Positions 16,119 to 26,578 of a DNA stretch of 64,000 nt are shown one piece after another. Positions within the stretch are counted from its first letter, which is position 1; every line of letters starts with the position of its first letter. Position numbers and translations under genes: made by a program. The notes beneath the pieces are model-generated. The model was not told where the DNA came from. It saw only the letters and a list, made by a program, of their open reading frames with translations, and ran no database searches. Source of the DNA: an uncultured Bdellovibrionales bacterium (GTDB lineage: Bacteria; Patescibacteriota; Minisyncoccia; Moranbacterales; UBA1568); assembly GCA_964384235.1 (NCBI GenBank), contig CAYLJX010000003.1:8389-72388 (forward strand), in the 5' to 3' direction.

Positions 16119-17204
16119 TCAGGTTTCTTCCTGTCCTTCCACGAGCGGTGCGGGCTGATTCAGGCCGAGACGCGCCGATCCGAGCTGGTCGCTCACTTTC
16201 TCGAGCCGCTTCTCGGCATCCTCGTATTTCTTGCCGGCATTGCCGAGATGGTTGCCTAGCACTTCGAATTCCCGGATGAACTTCTCATGCTCGCGTGAGA
16301 GCTTCTCCAGCTGCCCCATGATTTCCTTGGCACGCTTTTCGATCTGCAGTCCCTGCAAGCCGAAAAGGATCGTCTTCATGTAGGCATAGAAGGAGTTCGG
16401 CGATACGGGAATCACACGCTTGTCCGAGAGATAATCCAAAAGCCCCTGTTCGTCCTCGTCCTTGATGATGATCTCGTAGTAGACGTTCTCGGCAGGGATA
16501 TACATGAGCGCGAAATCGAGCGTCCCTTCGGCCGGCAGGATGTATTTGGAAGCGATGGCATCGACATGTTTCTTGACATCCGCATAGAACTGCCGCCTCG
16601 CGACGCGGCGCTCCTCGTCGCTCTGAGCCAAGAGGGTTTTCTTGAAATTTTCCAACGGGAACTTGGAATCGACGCTGATGTTTCCGCTCTTCAGAAGGAT
16701 GAGCGCGTCCACCGCTTCCCCGCTCTTGAAAGCGTGCTGGAGCGTGAAATATTCCCTGGGAAGCATTTTTCCAAGGATGTCCTTGAGCATGAGCTCGCCG
16801 AATCCGCCCCGGATCTTGGGTGCCTTGAGGATCTCCTGAAGCGACGCCACCTCCTTGCTCACCTCGAGGATCTGACGGTTCATCTGACTCACTTCCACCA
16901 GCTTTTCCTTCACCTCGGCATATGAGTGGGCCGCTTTGTCCAGACGCTGGTCCAGACGCGACGTATTGTCGCTCAGGCGCTGGTCGAGGGTGCGCTGGAA
17001 ACTCCCGAGCTGCTGATTGAGCGCGCCCGTGATGTGACGCATCTCTTCGTTCAGTTGTCCCTGGAGCATATCCATCCGCGCCCTCAGTTCGGTCTCTTCC
17101 CTCCCCCGACCGCGGAAAGAAAAAGCCAGCCACACTGCCAGGCCGGCTATGATAATACCGATAATGATAAATAATACCAACAAAGACATAGCTTGTGTTT
17201 CCAA
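16119..17204 (-). CDS. rmuC: DNA recombination protein RmuC
   Basis: N-terminal TM, long coiled coil, and C-terminal ...[18 protein letters not shown]...[22 protein letters not shown]..., characteristic of the RmuC family. Confidence 0.8.
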   Translation of the reverse strand: METQAMSLLVLFIIIGIIIAGLAVWLAFSFRGRGREETELRARMDMLQGQLNEEMRHITGALNQQLGSFQRTLDQRLSDNTSRLDQRLDKAAHSYAEVKEKLVEVSQMNRQILEVSKEVASLQEILKAPKIRGGFGELMLKDILGKMLPREYFTLQHAFKSGEAVDALILLKSGNISVDSKFPLENFKKTLLAQSDEERRVARRQFYADVKKHVDAIASKYILPAEGTLDFALMYIPAENVYYEIIIKDEDEQGLLDYLSDKRVIPVSPNSFYAYMKTILFGLQGLQIEKRAKEIMGQLEKLSREHEKFIREFEVLGNHLGNAGKKYEDAEKRLEKVSDQLGSARLGLNQPAPLVEGQEET

Positions 17205-17205
17205 A

Positions 17206-17321
17206 AACTTTCAGATTTGAGCACAGTTCGAGGCGCGAGCGAGGAACGAAGAAGGCTGTACTTCCCAGTACAGTGTCGAGCACTGGAGCTCGCAACAAAG
17301 AAATGTGCCAAATATGGAAGT
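17206..17321 (+). repeat. MITE-like intergenic repeat, copy 3
   Basis: aactttcagaTTTGAGCACAGTTCGAGGCGCGAGCGAGGAACGAAGAAGG-CTGTACTTCCCAGTACAG-TGTCGAGCACTGGAGCTCGCAACAAAGAAATGTGCCAAAtatggaagtt. It sits between the stop of the 17322 gene and the rmuC start. Confidence 0.7.
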
Positions 17322-17927
17322 TTACTTCTTGAGACCAGCGATGAAGCGTTTCAGTTCCGGCACTTTGTTCGTCACCTCCTCATACGGCCCCTCCAAAAAC
17401 TCGATGAAGAACCGGTCCAGCATGTTGAGGCGGTAGTGCAACTCCTCGTTGTTCATGAGTACGAACCGGATCTCTTTGCCGACTTCGGCCTCCAGATGAT
17501 TGATGGCGTGCTTGAGCTTGGTGCGGTTGACGTTGTTCACCACCAGGATCATATCCACCTTGCTCTTCGGATAGTTGAGGAACAGGCCGCTGATGAGGAT
17601 GAGTTTCACCTCGCCGACGATCTTGAGCTTGCGGAACACCTGTGACTGCGCATGGACATTGAGCTTGGAGACCAGGCTCTTGAGCTCCGTATAGAACGGG
17701 AAGTCCTCATTGGCGATATAGATCTTCCGCCCCTTCCGTGACCGCTCCACGATGAACTTCATTTTGGCCAGACGCGCCACTTCCCGAGCCACCTCCGTCC
17801 GGGAAACAAGTGTTTTTTCCGATACCTCGGCGGAACTGAATTCTATGCCGGGGTTCAAGAGGAAGAAGCGGATGAGACGGGAACGAGCCTTCGATCCGAA
17901 CAGCGCATCAAAGAGGGCAAGCGACAT
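17322..17927 (-). CDS. hypothetical protein (possible winged-helix N-terminus)
   Basis: 201 aa. No confident family assignment. Confidence 0.45.
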   Translation of the reverse strand: MSLALFDALFGSKARSRLIRFFLLNPGIEFSSAEVSEKTLVSRTEVAREVARLAKMKFIVERSRKGRKIYIANEDFPFYTELKSLVSKLNVHAQSQVFRKLKIVGEVKLILISGLFLNYPKSKVDMILVVNNVNRTKLKHAINHLEAEVGKEIRFVLMNNEELHYRLNMLDRFFIEFLEGPYEEVTNKVPELKRFIAGLKK

Positions 17928-18097
17928 AATACAGGTTTACGGTAAAAGAGAAACTACCGACCGCCTCCCAAGACCGGTCATGTGAAGTATATGAGAAAGA
18001 ATGAAGAAAGTCAAAAACCACTCTCTTCTCAAAAATCCCTCCTGAAAGCCGAAAACCTCTGAGAAAAAAGGATTTTTATGGTATACTGAAGGAGTCT

Positions 18098-20617
18098 ATG
18101 CACAGAAAAAAAACTCCCGAAAAAAACACTCCCCTTCTGGAACTGGAAAAGGCTGTCAGTGAGGTATTGATCACCAACGGCCGCTCCCTGGAACCCTTCA
18201 TCAAGGTTTTTCATTATCAGGGAGACAACGTCACCCAGAAAAGCCTGGGGGCGCTGGTCGGTGTGTTCGAGGTGGATGAAAAGAGTGAGGACTCGGCTTA
18301 CATCGTGAACTTTCTCGCTTCCGTCGCGAAGAAAGAGTATTTCGGCAATCCACGCCGCGGCGCCATAGAGAGCTTCGAGGCGACCCTTCACAAGGTCAAT
18401 CTCGCCCTCGCCGAGCTCGTCAAGCATGGCAACGTCTCCTGGCTCGGCAAGTTCCACGGCTCCCTCTGTGTCCTCGAAAAGAACCACATCCATTTCTCCG
18501 TCACCGGACAAAGCGCCATTCTCCTCTGGAGAAACGAAGCCTTTACCGACATAAGCGACGGTCTCGCGTCGGAGGAATCCCATGTCCACCCCATCAAGAC
18601 GTTCGTGGAAATCTCCAGCGGACGACTCGACCTCGACGACCGGATCATCGTCGCTTCCCCCGAGCTCCTGGCCCTCTTTTCCTTGGAAGATCTCAGGAAA
18701 AACGCCCTGCGGATGGACAGAGACCGCTTCACGCAGTTCCTCCGGACCGCCCTCGTCAATGAGCTGGACATGGCCGGCATCGTCGTCATCGACTTCGTCG
18801 CCGCACAGCCCGTCGCGGAAGAAAAATCCGCTCCCCGGAAACCGAAGCATGACCAGAACATCTACCGGAACGTCTTCAGCGAAACGACTTTCGTCAAAAA
18901 ACCCGAGGAAATTTCCTCTACGGAACGACCGGTTGAAAGGACGGAACCACCACGGACGGAATATGTCGACACCAAGACCGGACACATCTACGTCCAAGGC
19001 GATACTTTGGAGCAGGAATCATCCCATCCCTTCTGGGAGCGCACACAACTGATCCTCTCCGACCTTGGCGGCGCGATCTCATCATTTCTCGCCGATAAGC
19101 GACGGCTCCTCCGGAAAGGCCGGAAAAAGTCAGTCATTCTCTTCGCCCTCTTCCTGGAACGATCCGGGACGGTATCGAGAAGGGGTCTTAGGGCGCTTCG
19201 CCGGCAGACGAGACACCTGAAAGACCGTCTTGCGGCTTCGCGAGAGAAAGAAGAAGAAAAGAGGAAACAGGAAGAAACTGATCTATCACAGGCATCGCAC
19301 CCGGATACACCGAGAGAAGAGTCTTTCCCCGTTCCAGAACCGGAAAATATTCCGGAGGAACCGCAAAAGAAAGAAGTGAAAACAGAAGAAGAGACCTTCC
19401 TTCTCCCTGAAAACGCACCCGAGGAAGAGAAAAAGGAGCATGTCATGACCACGCTTCCCGACCGTACTCTTCTCAAGACAAAACTCGCCTCCTTCTATGC
19501 CCCAAAAAGAGAACAAGCTGAGGGCCCCCGCAAGACATTCGCGGCTGCCATGGAGCATTCCTTGGAAAAAGCAGGTACTCTTTGGAATGATCTGAAGGAG
19601 AAGTGTTCCCCGAAAAACGTCCGGCTTCCCGATAAGATGGAGTTTTCATTTCCTCCTCAGGCCGTTTCCGCGCTAAAAAATCTGCCGGAACGATACCGAA
19701 GCCTCTCCCCGGAAAAAAAGAAATACTTGCTTGCCGGCTCGACTGTCATCATCCTCGTCGGAGGCACCTTTCTTCTCCTTCTCCCCCTCCTCACCCGTCC
19801 GACAGCCGAGAACGCTCCTGCGCCAGCCACCTCTTCGGAAACGCCCGCCTCTCCTCTCTCTGGTGAAAAAAATCTGCGCACGGTAACGCTCTCCGCCATC
19901 CAAGAGACCAGTGATGAAATCGTCACCCCTCTCATGCTCCACGGCGAACCCTTCCTCGTGACGAAACACGGGATCATTCAGGAGAACGATACTTTCTCTC
20001 TCCCGACAGCCGACCAGGTGGTACTCGCCGCCGCGATGGAAGACCTTCGTCTCATTTTCCTGTTTACCGAGAAGAAAAGCCTCTACGCGTGGAGTCCACT
20101 CACCCGTACCTACGTACAAAACTCCCTCTCTCTCCCGGATGGAGCGACCATCCGAGACATGGGGAGCTATCTCACCTATCTCTATTTCTTCGACAGCACC
20201 GGGAAACAGATCTACCGTTTTCCCCGCGCAACGGGAGGCTTCGGGGAACCGACCCCTTGGCTCAAGGAAAACCTTGAGCTCGGCGAGTCTTCTTCCATGG
20301 CTGTAGGGTCGGATATCTTTCTGTTCTCCCAAGATTCTCTCCGGAGCTATTCACGAGGCCGAACCGCCTCGACCCTGGAGTCACCGGTCAATCCTCTCGG
20401 AGCCATCCTTCTCACGGCACCGGAAGAGAGCTCCTTCCTCTACGCCCTCGACCGGAACAACCGCCGCATCCTCGTCTGGAATCGGGACGGCTCGCTCGTC
20501 GCCCAGTACGCCGCGGAGCAATTCTCCCAGGCCACCGGTCTCAGCGTCTCCGATGACGGCTCACAAATCTTCGTCTCCACTCCTCACACGCTCTACTCTT
20601 TCAAATCGGAGATGTAA
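18098..20617 (+). CDS. large membrane protein with N-terminal PPM/SpoIIE-like phosphatase-like domain and C-terminal extracytoplasmic domain
   Basis: 839 aa. The N-terminal ~240 aa has PP2C/SpoIIE-like blocks (GALVGVFEVDEKSEDSAY..., SAILLWRNEAF, LDLDDRIIVASPELLAL). A central TM helix is YLLAGSTVIILVGGTFLLLLPLL. The C-terminus is hydrophilic, possibly a beta-propeller. Confidence 0.5.
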   Translation: MHRKKTPEKNTPLLELEKAVSEVLITNGRSLEPFIKVFHYQGDNVTQKSLGALVGVFEVDEKSEDSAYIVNFLASVAKKEYFGNPRRGAIESFEATLHKVNLALAELVKHGNVSWLGKFHGSLCVLEKNHIHFSVTGQSAILLWRNEAFTDISDGLASEESHVHPIKTFVEISSGRLDLDDRIIVASPELLALFSLEDLRKNALRMDRDRFTQFLRTALVNELDMAGIVVIDFVAAQPVAEEKSAPRKPKHDQNIYRNVFSETTFVKKPEEISSTERPVERTEPPRTEYVDTKTGHIYVQGDTLEQESSHPFWERTQLILSDLGGAISSFLADKRRLLRKGRKKSVILFALFLERSGTVSRRGLRALRRQTRHLKDRLAASREKEEEKRKQEETDLSQASHPDTPREESFPVPEPENIPEEPQKKEVKTEEETFLLPENAPEEEKKEHVMTTLPDRTLLKTKLASFYAPKREQAEGPRKTFAAAMEHSLEKAGTLWNDLKEKCSPKNVRLPDKMEFSFPPQAVSALKNLPERYRSLSPEKKKYLLAGSTVIILVGGTFLLLLPLLTRPTAENAPAPATSSETPASPLSGEKNLRTVTLSAIQETSDEIVTPLMLHGEPFLVTKHGIIQENDTFSLPTADQVVLAAAMEDLRLIFLFTEKKSLYAWSPLTRTYVQNSLSLPDGATIRDMGSYLTYLYFFDSTGKQIYRFPRATGGFGEPTPWLKENLELGESSSMAVGSDIFLFSQDSLRSYSRGRTASTLESPVNPLGAILLTAPEESSFLYALDRNNRRILVWNRDGSLVAQYAAEQFSQATGLSVSDDGSQIFVSTPHTLYSFKSEM

Positions 20618-20623
20618 GTTTTT

Positions 20624-23101
20624 CTATACGTTCTCCGCGAGGCGGACACGGTCCATGATCTCGCGGTTGACGATGTTGGCGTCCCGGCCGTAGCGCAGAC
20701 GCGAGAGTTCCTTGAGCGCGTTGGCAATCTCCTGATTCCCATGGGTCGGCGCGTAGGTCTTCATGTTGAACGGCTTGGTGAGCTCATTGTTCATGAGGAG
20801 CCGGACGAAACAGTTGTAGTTGTCGACGTTCATGAGATCGCTCGCCGCAAAGACCGGCGCGAACTGTTTCTCCAAAAATTCCGCGTCCTCCGGTCCCACC
20901 CGGAAGGCCGTGAGTGATCCGACGTTGCCGAAGACCGCCTTGGAGATCTCTTCCTTGAGCTGACCGATGAACTGGTGCGCCAGGATGAGGACGAGACGGT
21001 ACTTGCGCGCCTCGGAGAGGATCTGCGCGATGGAGTTGGTCGTCACGTTCTGGAACTCGTCGAGGTAGAGATAGAAGTCCTTGCGCTCGGCTTCCGGCAT
21101 ATCGACGCGGGACAGGGCCGCCATAAGGATCTTGCCGACGATGACCATACCGAGGAGCCGGGCGTTGATCTCGCCGATCTTGCCCTTGGAGAGGTTGATG
21201 AGGACGATCTTGCCGCTGTCCATGATCTCGCGGAAGTTGAGGGAGCTATGCTGCTGCGCGATGATGGGACGCATCATGTCGTTACTGATGAAGGCAGTGA
21301 GCTTGGACGTGATGTAGGGCACCATGTTGGCAAGCGCCGCGTCGCCGCCGGCCTTCTCCGCTTCCTTGAGCCAGAAGTCACGCACGATCGGATTGGTACA
21401 ATGCTCGAGTTTCATCCGGCGGAAATCCTCGTCGGCGAGCACTTTGGAAATCTCCAAGAGCGTCGATCCGCTCTCGGGGTGTTCCATAATGAGGAGCATG
21501 GCGTTTCGCATGTACTGCTCGAACATCGGACCTCCCGTCGCCTTGAGATCGTAGAGCTGATCGAAGATGCCGATCATCTCGTTGATGACGAACGTCTTCT
21601 GCTCGGGATGCGCCGGATCGTATTCGAGGAGGTTGATACCGATGGGTCGTGCCACATCGGCCGGATCGAAGACAATGACGTCCTCGGCCCGTTCCTTGGG
21701 GATAGCGGTCAGGATGTCCTCGATGGCGTCGCCGTGCGGATCGATGAAACAGAAGCCTTTGCCGGACCGCGCGTCTTTCTTGGCCATTTCCTGAAGATAG
21801 TTGGACTTGCCGACACCCGTCTGTCCGATGACATACATGTGGCGACGACGGTCGTTGTCAGTGATGCGGATGTCCGCCTTGGCACCCCGATAGTCATTAA
21901 AGCCGAGAAGGATGCCCTCCTGGGGAATATTGATCGGGGGCGCAGCGGCGCCGGATTTGAGCCACTTGATCTTGGGCGTTTCGGTGGTCGAGATAGGAAA
22001 GTGGAAGATGCTCGCGATCTCCTCGACGTTCATAATCATGGAGTTCTCCTCGTCGAAATTGCGGAAGATGTAATCATAGAGAGCCTCTTTGGCCCGGACA
22101 CGCTTCCTCACGCGGAAGCGGTTCACTTCCGGATTCTCGAACTGACTGAATGCGTTTTCCATATGCGCGAGGATCTCTTCCGCTCGTTCCTGACTCTTGG
22201 CCGAGGCCACCAGGCGGATGTTCACGCGGAAGGCGCTCTTGCTCGCCTTGGTATCGATCGCCTTGACGAGCTCCTGCTCCTCGGGCGTGAGCTGCACGAC
22301 CTTCTTCTCTTCCGACATCGGATTCTTCTTGGAATTCGTAAGGACGCTCACCATGCCCTTGCCGACTTCCTTGCCGACATCGCTCATGAGCGAACCGCCG
22401 CGCGCGTCCTTGAGCCGTTTGCCTTCCTGCATCTTCTGTGCGAGGGAACGGCCAGCTCCGCGCCACTTGGTCCCCGCCTGCGAGAGAAGCACCTGAATGG
22501 AAGCTCCTTCATCGATCGTCTGGAGACGGCTGAGTGCGTTGGAAATCTCATTGAGGGGATCGACACCCATCTGCCGATACGTCCGAAGCGGCAGCGCATG
22601 ACTCTCCGCAAGCTCGAGCGTCGCTACGACCGACACGCTCTCGGGAGAGAAGACGGTATAATCGGAAACCTTTTCGATGACCGCGTGCGGAAAGAAACCA
22701 TGGATCTGCTTCTCCACGCTCTCGCGAAACTTCTTGGGCACGGACAGATAAAAGAAAATCTCTTCGCTCGAAGACGGGTTGGCGATCTCGAACACGATGT
22801 TCGGTACATGAAAAAAAAGCTTCTTGAGGAAGTTTCCTTTCGGCTTGAGCGTCGCGAGGGTGATGAGGAGCTGTTCCATCGCGAGAATCTCCTCCTTCCA
22901 GGCCTCGGCGCTCCGCTCCCCTTCCGGAAGCTTTTTCTTGGTCACCTGGATGACCTCGAGATCCATATTGAGCGACTGGTTGACCTGGTATCGGAAACGG
23001 AAAAAGCTGCGGATCACGAGCAATGCCCCGGAAAAAAGCGTGAAACCCGCGAGTATCCACGCGAGCGGCACGAACACGATATTCAGATCGAATCCCTCCA
23101 T
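20624..23101 (-). CDS. membrane-anchored P-loop ATPase, type IV secretion coupling-protein-like (VirD4/TraG/TraD family)
   Basis: 825 aa. It has two N-terminal TM helices, Walker A VIGQTGVGKSNYL and Walker B FYLYLDEFQN, and a C-terminal region typical of TraG/TrwB-like AAA domains. It is convergent with the 18098 gene. A HerA/FtsK-like relative is an alternative assignment. Confidence 0.5.
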   Translation of the reverse strand: MEGFDLNIVFVPLAWILAGFTLFSGALLVIRSFFRFRYQVNQSLNMDLEVIQVTKKKLPEGERSAEAWKEEILAMEQLLITLATLKPKGNFLKKLFFHVPNIVFEIANPSSSEEIFFYLSVPKKFRESVEKQIHGFFPHAVIEKVSDYTVFSPESVSVVATLELAESHALPLRTYRQMGVDPLNEISNALSRLQTIDEGASIQVLLSQAGTKWRGAGRSLAQKMQEGKRLKDARGGSLMSDVGKEVGKGMVSVLTNSKKNPMSEEKKVVQLTPEEQELVKAIDTKASKSAFRVNIRLVASAKSQERAEEILAHMENAFSQFENPEVNRFRVRKRVRAKEALYDYIFRNFDEENSMIMNVEEIASIFHFPISTTETPKIKWLKSGAAAPPINIPQEGILLGFNDYRGAKADIRITDNDRRRHMYVIGQTGVGKSNYLQEMAKKDARSGKGFCFIDPHGDAIEDILTAIPKERAEDVIVFDPADVARPIGINLLEYDPAHPEQKTFVINEMIGIFDQLYDLKATGGPMFEQYMRNAMLLIMEHPESGSTLLEISKVLADEDFRRMKLEHCTNPIVRDFWLKEAEKAGGDAALANMVPYITSKLTAFISNDMMRPIIAQQHSSLNFREIMDSGKIVLINLSKGKIGEINARLLGMVIVGKILMAALSRVDMPEAERKDFYLYLDEFQNVTTNSIAQILSEARKYRLVLILAHQFIGQLKEEISKAVFGNVGSLTAFRVGPEDAEFLEKQFAPVFAASDLMNVDNYNCFVRLLMNNELTKPFNMKTYAPTHGNQEIANALKELSRLRYGRDANIVNREIMDRVRLAENV

Positions 23102-23104
23102 ATT

Positions 23105-23206
23105 TGTTGAGTGAGTAGTGAGTAGTTTGTAGTGAGTAGAAAAAATTCAAAAAATCCAGTCGGTATCATTGTTATCGGTCTACCGACTACTCACTACGAC
23201 CTACTC
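23105..23206. repeat. heptamer array (AGTGAGT x4), a 45-nt spacer, then the inverted array (ACTACTC/ACTACGA/CCTACTC)
   Basis: gagtgagtagtgagtagtttgtagtgagtag...ctactcactacgacctactcactc sits immediately upstream of the ATPase start codon. Confidence 0.6.
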
Positions 23207-23629
23207 ACTCTTGATCAGTCCCTTCTCCACGAGGCCCTGGTAGAACTTGTCAGCGAGCTCGTCGTGCATCTTGTCGAGAACGTAGTAATCCTTGAGCTTG
23301 CGCGCGACAGAGACCGCGTGCACGACGCCCTTGGTTCCGGCGAGGTCGACGAGCTTCTGTACTTTTGATTCCGCATCGGTCACATCGGCGATACTCTTGG
23401 CATCCTGATGAGTATCCGTATCGGTATCGTCACCCACCTGCTTGGCCGCACCGCCGGCCTTCGAGAGGATCTCATTGAATGTCCCTTCCGCTTGCTCGAC
23501 CGACTGCTCCGCTTGCTCGACCTGTCGCTCAGGCACGTTCGGAACCTCCTGTCCCTCGCCTCCAACCGTTTTCATCTCCTCCGGCTTCGCCTCCTGTTTC
23601 GTCTCCCCGAGAGTCAGTTCTTCAGCCAT
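23201..23629 (-). CDS. hypothetical acidic protein (142 aa)
   Basis: ORF with a Glu/Gln-rich N-terminal half. No family recognised. Confidence 0.45.
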   Translation of the reverse strand: MAEELTLGETKQEAKPEEMKTVGGEGQEVPNVPERQVEQAEQSVEQAEGTFNEILSKAGGAAKQVGDDTDTDTHQDAKSIADVTDAESKVQKLVDLAGTKGVVHAVSVARKLKDYYVLDKMHDELADKFYQGLVEKGLIKSE

Positions 23630-23654
23630 ACTCGTTTTCCTCTATCGTTTATGA

Positions 23655-23960
23655 TTACACCAATCCTTCCTTCATCTCTTCCTTAAACTTCTCGACGACT
23701 TCCTTCACGAAGGCCCCGTAACCGGGAATCTTCTGCTCGAAAAACGCCTCCACTTCTTCCTGACTGGCCGACTTGTCGAGCAACCCTTCGTATTCCTTCA
23801 CGCCGGCGTCTCCGAGCTTGTCCATCGTCTCGAGAAAGATCCGTTTGAGGAGCGCCTCCCCTATCTGGGAAAGCAGCGCTTCCTGCTTTTCCGTCGGGAG
23901 CGTCTCCAGATGAAACGTTTCAACGAGTTCTTTCTTCAGTGCTTCTTGGTCGAGAGTCAT
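23655..23960 (-). CDS. hypothetical small acidic helical protein (101 aa)
   Basis: ORF between heptamer-repeat tracts. No family recognised. Confidence 0.45.
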   Translation of the reverse strand: MTLDQEALKKELVETFHLETLPTEKQEALLSQIGEALLKRIFLETMDKLGDAGVKEYEGLLDKSASQEEVEAFFEQKIPGYGAFVKEVVEKFKEEMKEGLV

Positions 23961-23964
23961 ATTT

Positions 23965-24016
23965 TTTTAGTTAGTAGTGAGTAGTTGGTAGTGAGTAGTT
24001 ATGGTTGGTAGTGAGC
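23965..24016. repeat. heptamer array AGTGAGT/AGTTGGT x about 7 (single orientation)
   Basis: tagttagtagtgagtagttggtagtgagtagttatggttggtagtgagcag. The unit is the same as at 23105. Confidence 0.55.
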
Positions 24017-24025
24017 AGGAGAAAG

Positions 24026-26578
24026 TCAGAAGCGGATTTCTTTGCCGGTGCGAAGTGCGATCGTCATGATACGACGGGTATACTCGTCGACGGTTTCCCC
24101 GGCCTTGGCATAGGAGAGCGGTCCGAGCGCCTTCTCCGCCGCCTTGGTAAACAAGTCAAGCCCCTTCATCTGGGAATAATGCAACGGATTAAGGGAACGG
24201 TCGTAATTGGTGAAGGGATTGCCATTCAGTTTCCCATAGTCACCGAGGACCCGACCGACTTCCGCTCCGCCCAACGCTTTCGCGTTTTCCGTGTACTGAT
24301 ACTCGAGACCGGTCATTCCTTCTATCTCACTCGTCTGAAAGATTCCCATGCGGATATTTCCCAGTCCCCGGTTGAACTGTCCGATCATTTCGGGATTCTC
24401 CGCGAGGTACGCTTTGGGGTTGCTGTTGATGAGGTTCTCTTCCTGGACGCGGACGGCATCCTCCACCGACACATCCCTCACTGCCGGTTCAGAGACCACT
24501 CCGGAGACGGTCCCTTCCGCCGGTACCGCGGCTTCCGTGCCGACCTGCCCGGCTACGGCTTCCGCCACGTTTTTCCCTGGGATATATTCCCCGGAGAGCG
24601 CCTTGTCGATATCCTGCGCGTTGAGAATCTGACCGAATTTGATCGTATCGCCGGCATAGATCTTTCCGATATCGCCATCCGGGAATCCTAAGCCTTTGAG
24701 CTGTTCCGGCGACATGTCATGCAGCTTGTTTTGGATCGCATTTTCCAGGGACTGGATCGCCTTCACGCGGTCAGCACCATGGAGGTCTTCCGGGAGCTTG
24801 GCATCGATGATACCCCAGAGACCCCGCTTGCCATCGGCCGATGTGAGATGATAGTCCTCGAGGGAGAAACTTATCTTTTCAGGTGTCACAGAAGCCGCTC
24901 CCTCCGCTGCGGGAGCTACTGCTGCTACTTCCGTCGCGGCGATTTCAGGCGAAGCCATACCTGCCTCTGCTGAAGGAGTCGCCTCAGCCGACGACCCTAC
25001 GGTACCAATACCCATCTTCTCCGTGATGATCTGCCCGAGCCAGCCGGAACCGACCGCCACGCCAAGTCCCAGTGCAGCGCCTTTACGTACTTTCTTCCAG
25101 GCTTTCTCGTGTGAAAGTCTCTCATCAAGGTCAAAAATATTCCCTTTCAGCATCGCACTTGCTTTGTCGAAATCGATGATTTTCCCGTTTCTTTCTTCAA
25201 CCGCTTTCTGATCGGTCTCGAGAGTAGGTTCCTGTCTCTCCTTTGTGGTGAGTTCCTCCATCGCTTCAGCCACTTCCCTGTCCGCTTTCGATTCTCGACG
25301 CGCTGCAGCCACCTTCTCAAGCCCGGTTTCCGAAGTGACAAAAAGTGCCGATCCGGCCATCATGTTTCTCACCTTGTTGATACCCAAAGCGAGCGCTCCG
25401 CCCGCCACTCCCCCGAAAGCGGCCGTCGTAGCCGCCCCGGTAAGGAGAACCGCGGTGATGGCGATCTTTTCCGCACCGGAAAGCCGGTTGTACCATCTTC
25501 CGAGCGCCCCGAACGAGTCAAGCGCTTTGGTTGGCCAGTTACGATGCTCCGCCTGATACTGCGTCCGCGCGTCCACGAGCTTTATCGTCTCGCCAAGCTT
25601 CACCTCTTTGAGGAGGTTTCCCATTCCCTCTTTGAGCTCCATTCCGGAAAGGTTCCCTTGCTTCAGCTGCTCAAGCTCGAGGTTCTGCAGATCCATGAGC
25701 TTGTTCATGTACTTGGCCTGGTAGTAATTCACCTCGGCATGCCCCTTTTCCTGCCATTCGCGTTCATCCAGTCCTTTCAGTGTTTTTCCAAAAAACTTCT
25801 GCACTCGCGCCCATGCGTTGGTGTTCTCATGGTCCTCCTTCACATACTCCGCCCGCATCGCCTCGACTTCCCCACGAAGCTTGGCGATCCGCTCTTCGAG
25901 AGGAGATTCTTCCGTCTTCATCTCCGGCTTCAGACCAAGTCCCTCTTCGACGACTTCTAACCGGTCAGCCGGCGTCTCGAAAGGCTTTTCCATCTCCGCC
26001 TGGACTTTTTCCGACATGAACTCCTCCGCCTTCAGCTCGGGAATGTCTTCGGTCTTCGTCGCATGCTGATCTGCAGTCGCAGGCACACTTACGTTCTCAG
26101 GACCATCCGTCTCTGGTTTGTTCAATGGTTCCGTTTTTCCCCAGTCTCTGTATACCTCATCCTGATAGTCAGCGTAAGCTTTCGATTCCTCTTCCGTCTG
26201 TACTCGAGGAGTCGGTTCGGCAGCCGAAGCGACATCCGCCACCTGCGGTTCCGAGACGTTAAACGCATCCAGTTCCTGCTGCGCCTTGGCGATATGTCGA
26301 TTCTCACTGCCGAGAAACGGATTGACGGCATTAGCCTTATCAAGATTCTCGCCAACCTTTTTCTTTGACGCCATCCCCCGTGCCGTTCTTTTTCTTGTCC
26401 GCAAAGACTTCTGTTGGTCTTCGTCACCGGCTTCATTATCGGAATACTCTATCGGATTCTCCTTTTCAAGAATCTTCAAGGCAGCCGCTTTCGCAAGCGC
26501 CACCTGCTCCTCGTGGGACTTCTTTTGTCTTTCCGGTCTTACCGGTTGTTGGATATTTTCCATGCCCATAGGGTTCAT
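24026..26578 (-). CDS. very large hypothetical membrane/surface protein (850 aa)
   Basis: Charged Glu/Lys-rich N-terminus, a glycine-rich hydrophobic cluster (ITAVLLTGAATTAAFGGVAGGALALGI ... GAALGLGVAVGSGWLGQII), an Ala/Glu-rich linker and a C-terminal globular part. No family recognised. Confidence 0.55.
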   Translation of the reverse strand: MNPMGMENIQQPVRPERQKKSHEEQVALAKAAALKILEKENPIEYSDNEAGDEDQQKSLRTRKRTARGMASKKKVGENLDKANAVNPFLGSENRHIAKAQQELDAFNVSEPQVADVASAAEPTPRVQTEEESKAYADYQDEVYRDWGKTEPLNKPETDGPENVSVPATADQHATKTEDIPELKAEEFMSEKVQAEMEKPFETPADRLEVVEEGLGLKPEMKTEESPLEERIAKLRGEVEAMRAEYVKEDHENTNAWARVQKFFGKTLKGLDEREWQEKGHAEVNYYQAKYMNKLMDLQNLELEQLKQGNLSGMELKEGMGNLLKEVKLGETIKLVDARTQYQAEHRNWPTKALDSFGALGRWYNRLSGAEKIAITAVLLTGAATTAAFGGVAGGALALGINKVRNMMAGSALFVTSETGLEKVAAARRESKADREVAEAMEELTTKERQEPTLETDQKAVEERNGKIIDFDKASAMLKGNIFDLDERLSHEKAWKKVRKGAALGLGVAVGSGWLGQIITEKMGIGTVGSSAEATPSAEAGMASPEIAATEVAAVAPAAEGAASVTPEKISFSLEDYHLTSADGKRGLWGIIDAKLPEDLHGADRVKAIQSLENAIQNKLHDMSPEQLKGLGFPDGDIGKIYAGDTIKFGQILNAQDIDKALSGEYIPGKNVAEAVAGQVGTEAAVPAEGTVSGVVSEPAVRDVSVEDAVRVQEENLINSNPKAYLAENPEMIGQFNRGLGNIRMGIFQTSEIEGMTGLEYQYTENAKALGGAEVGRVLGDYGKLNGNPFTNYDRSLNPLHYSQMKGLDLFTKAAEKALGPLSYAKAGETVDEYTRRIMTIALRTGKEIRF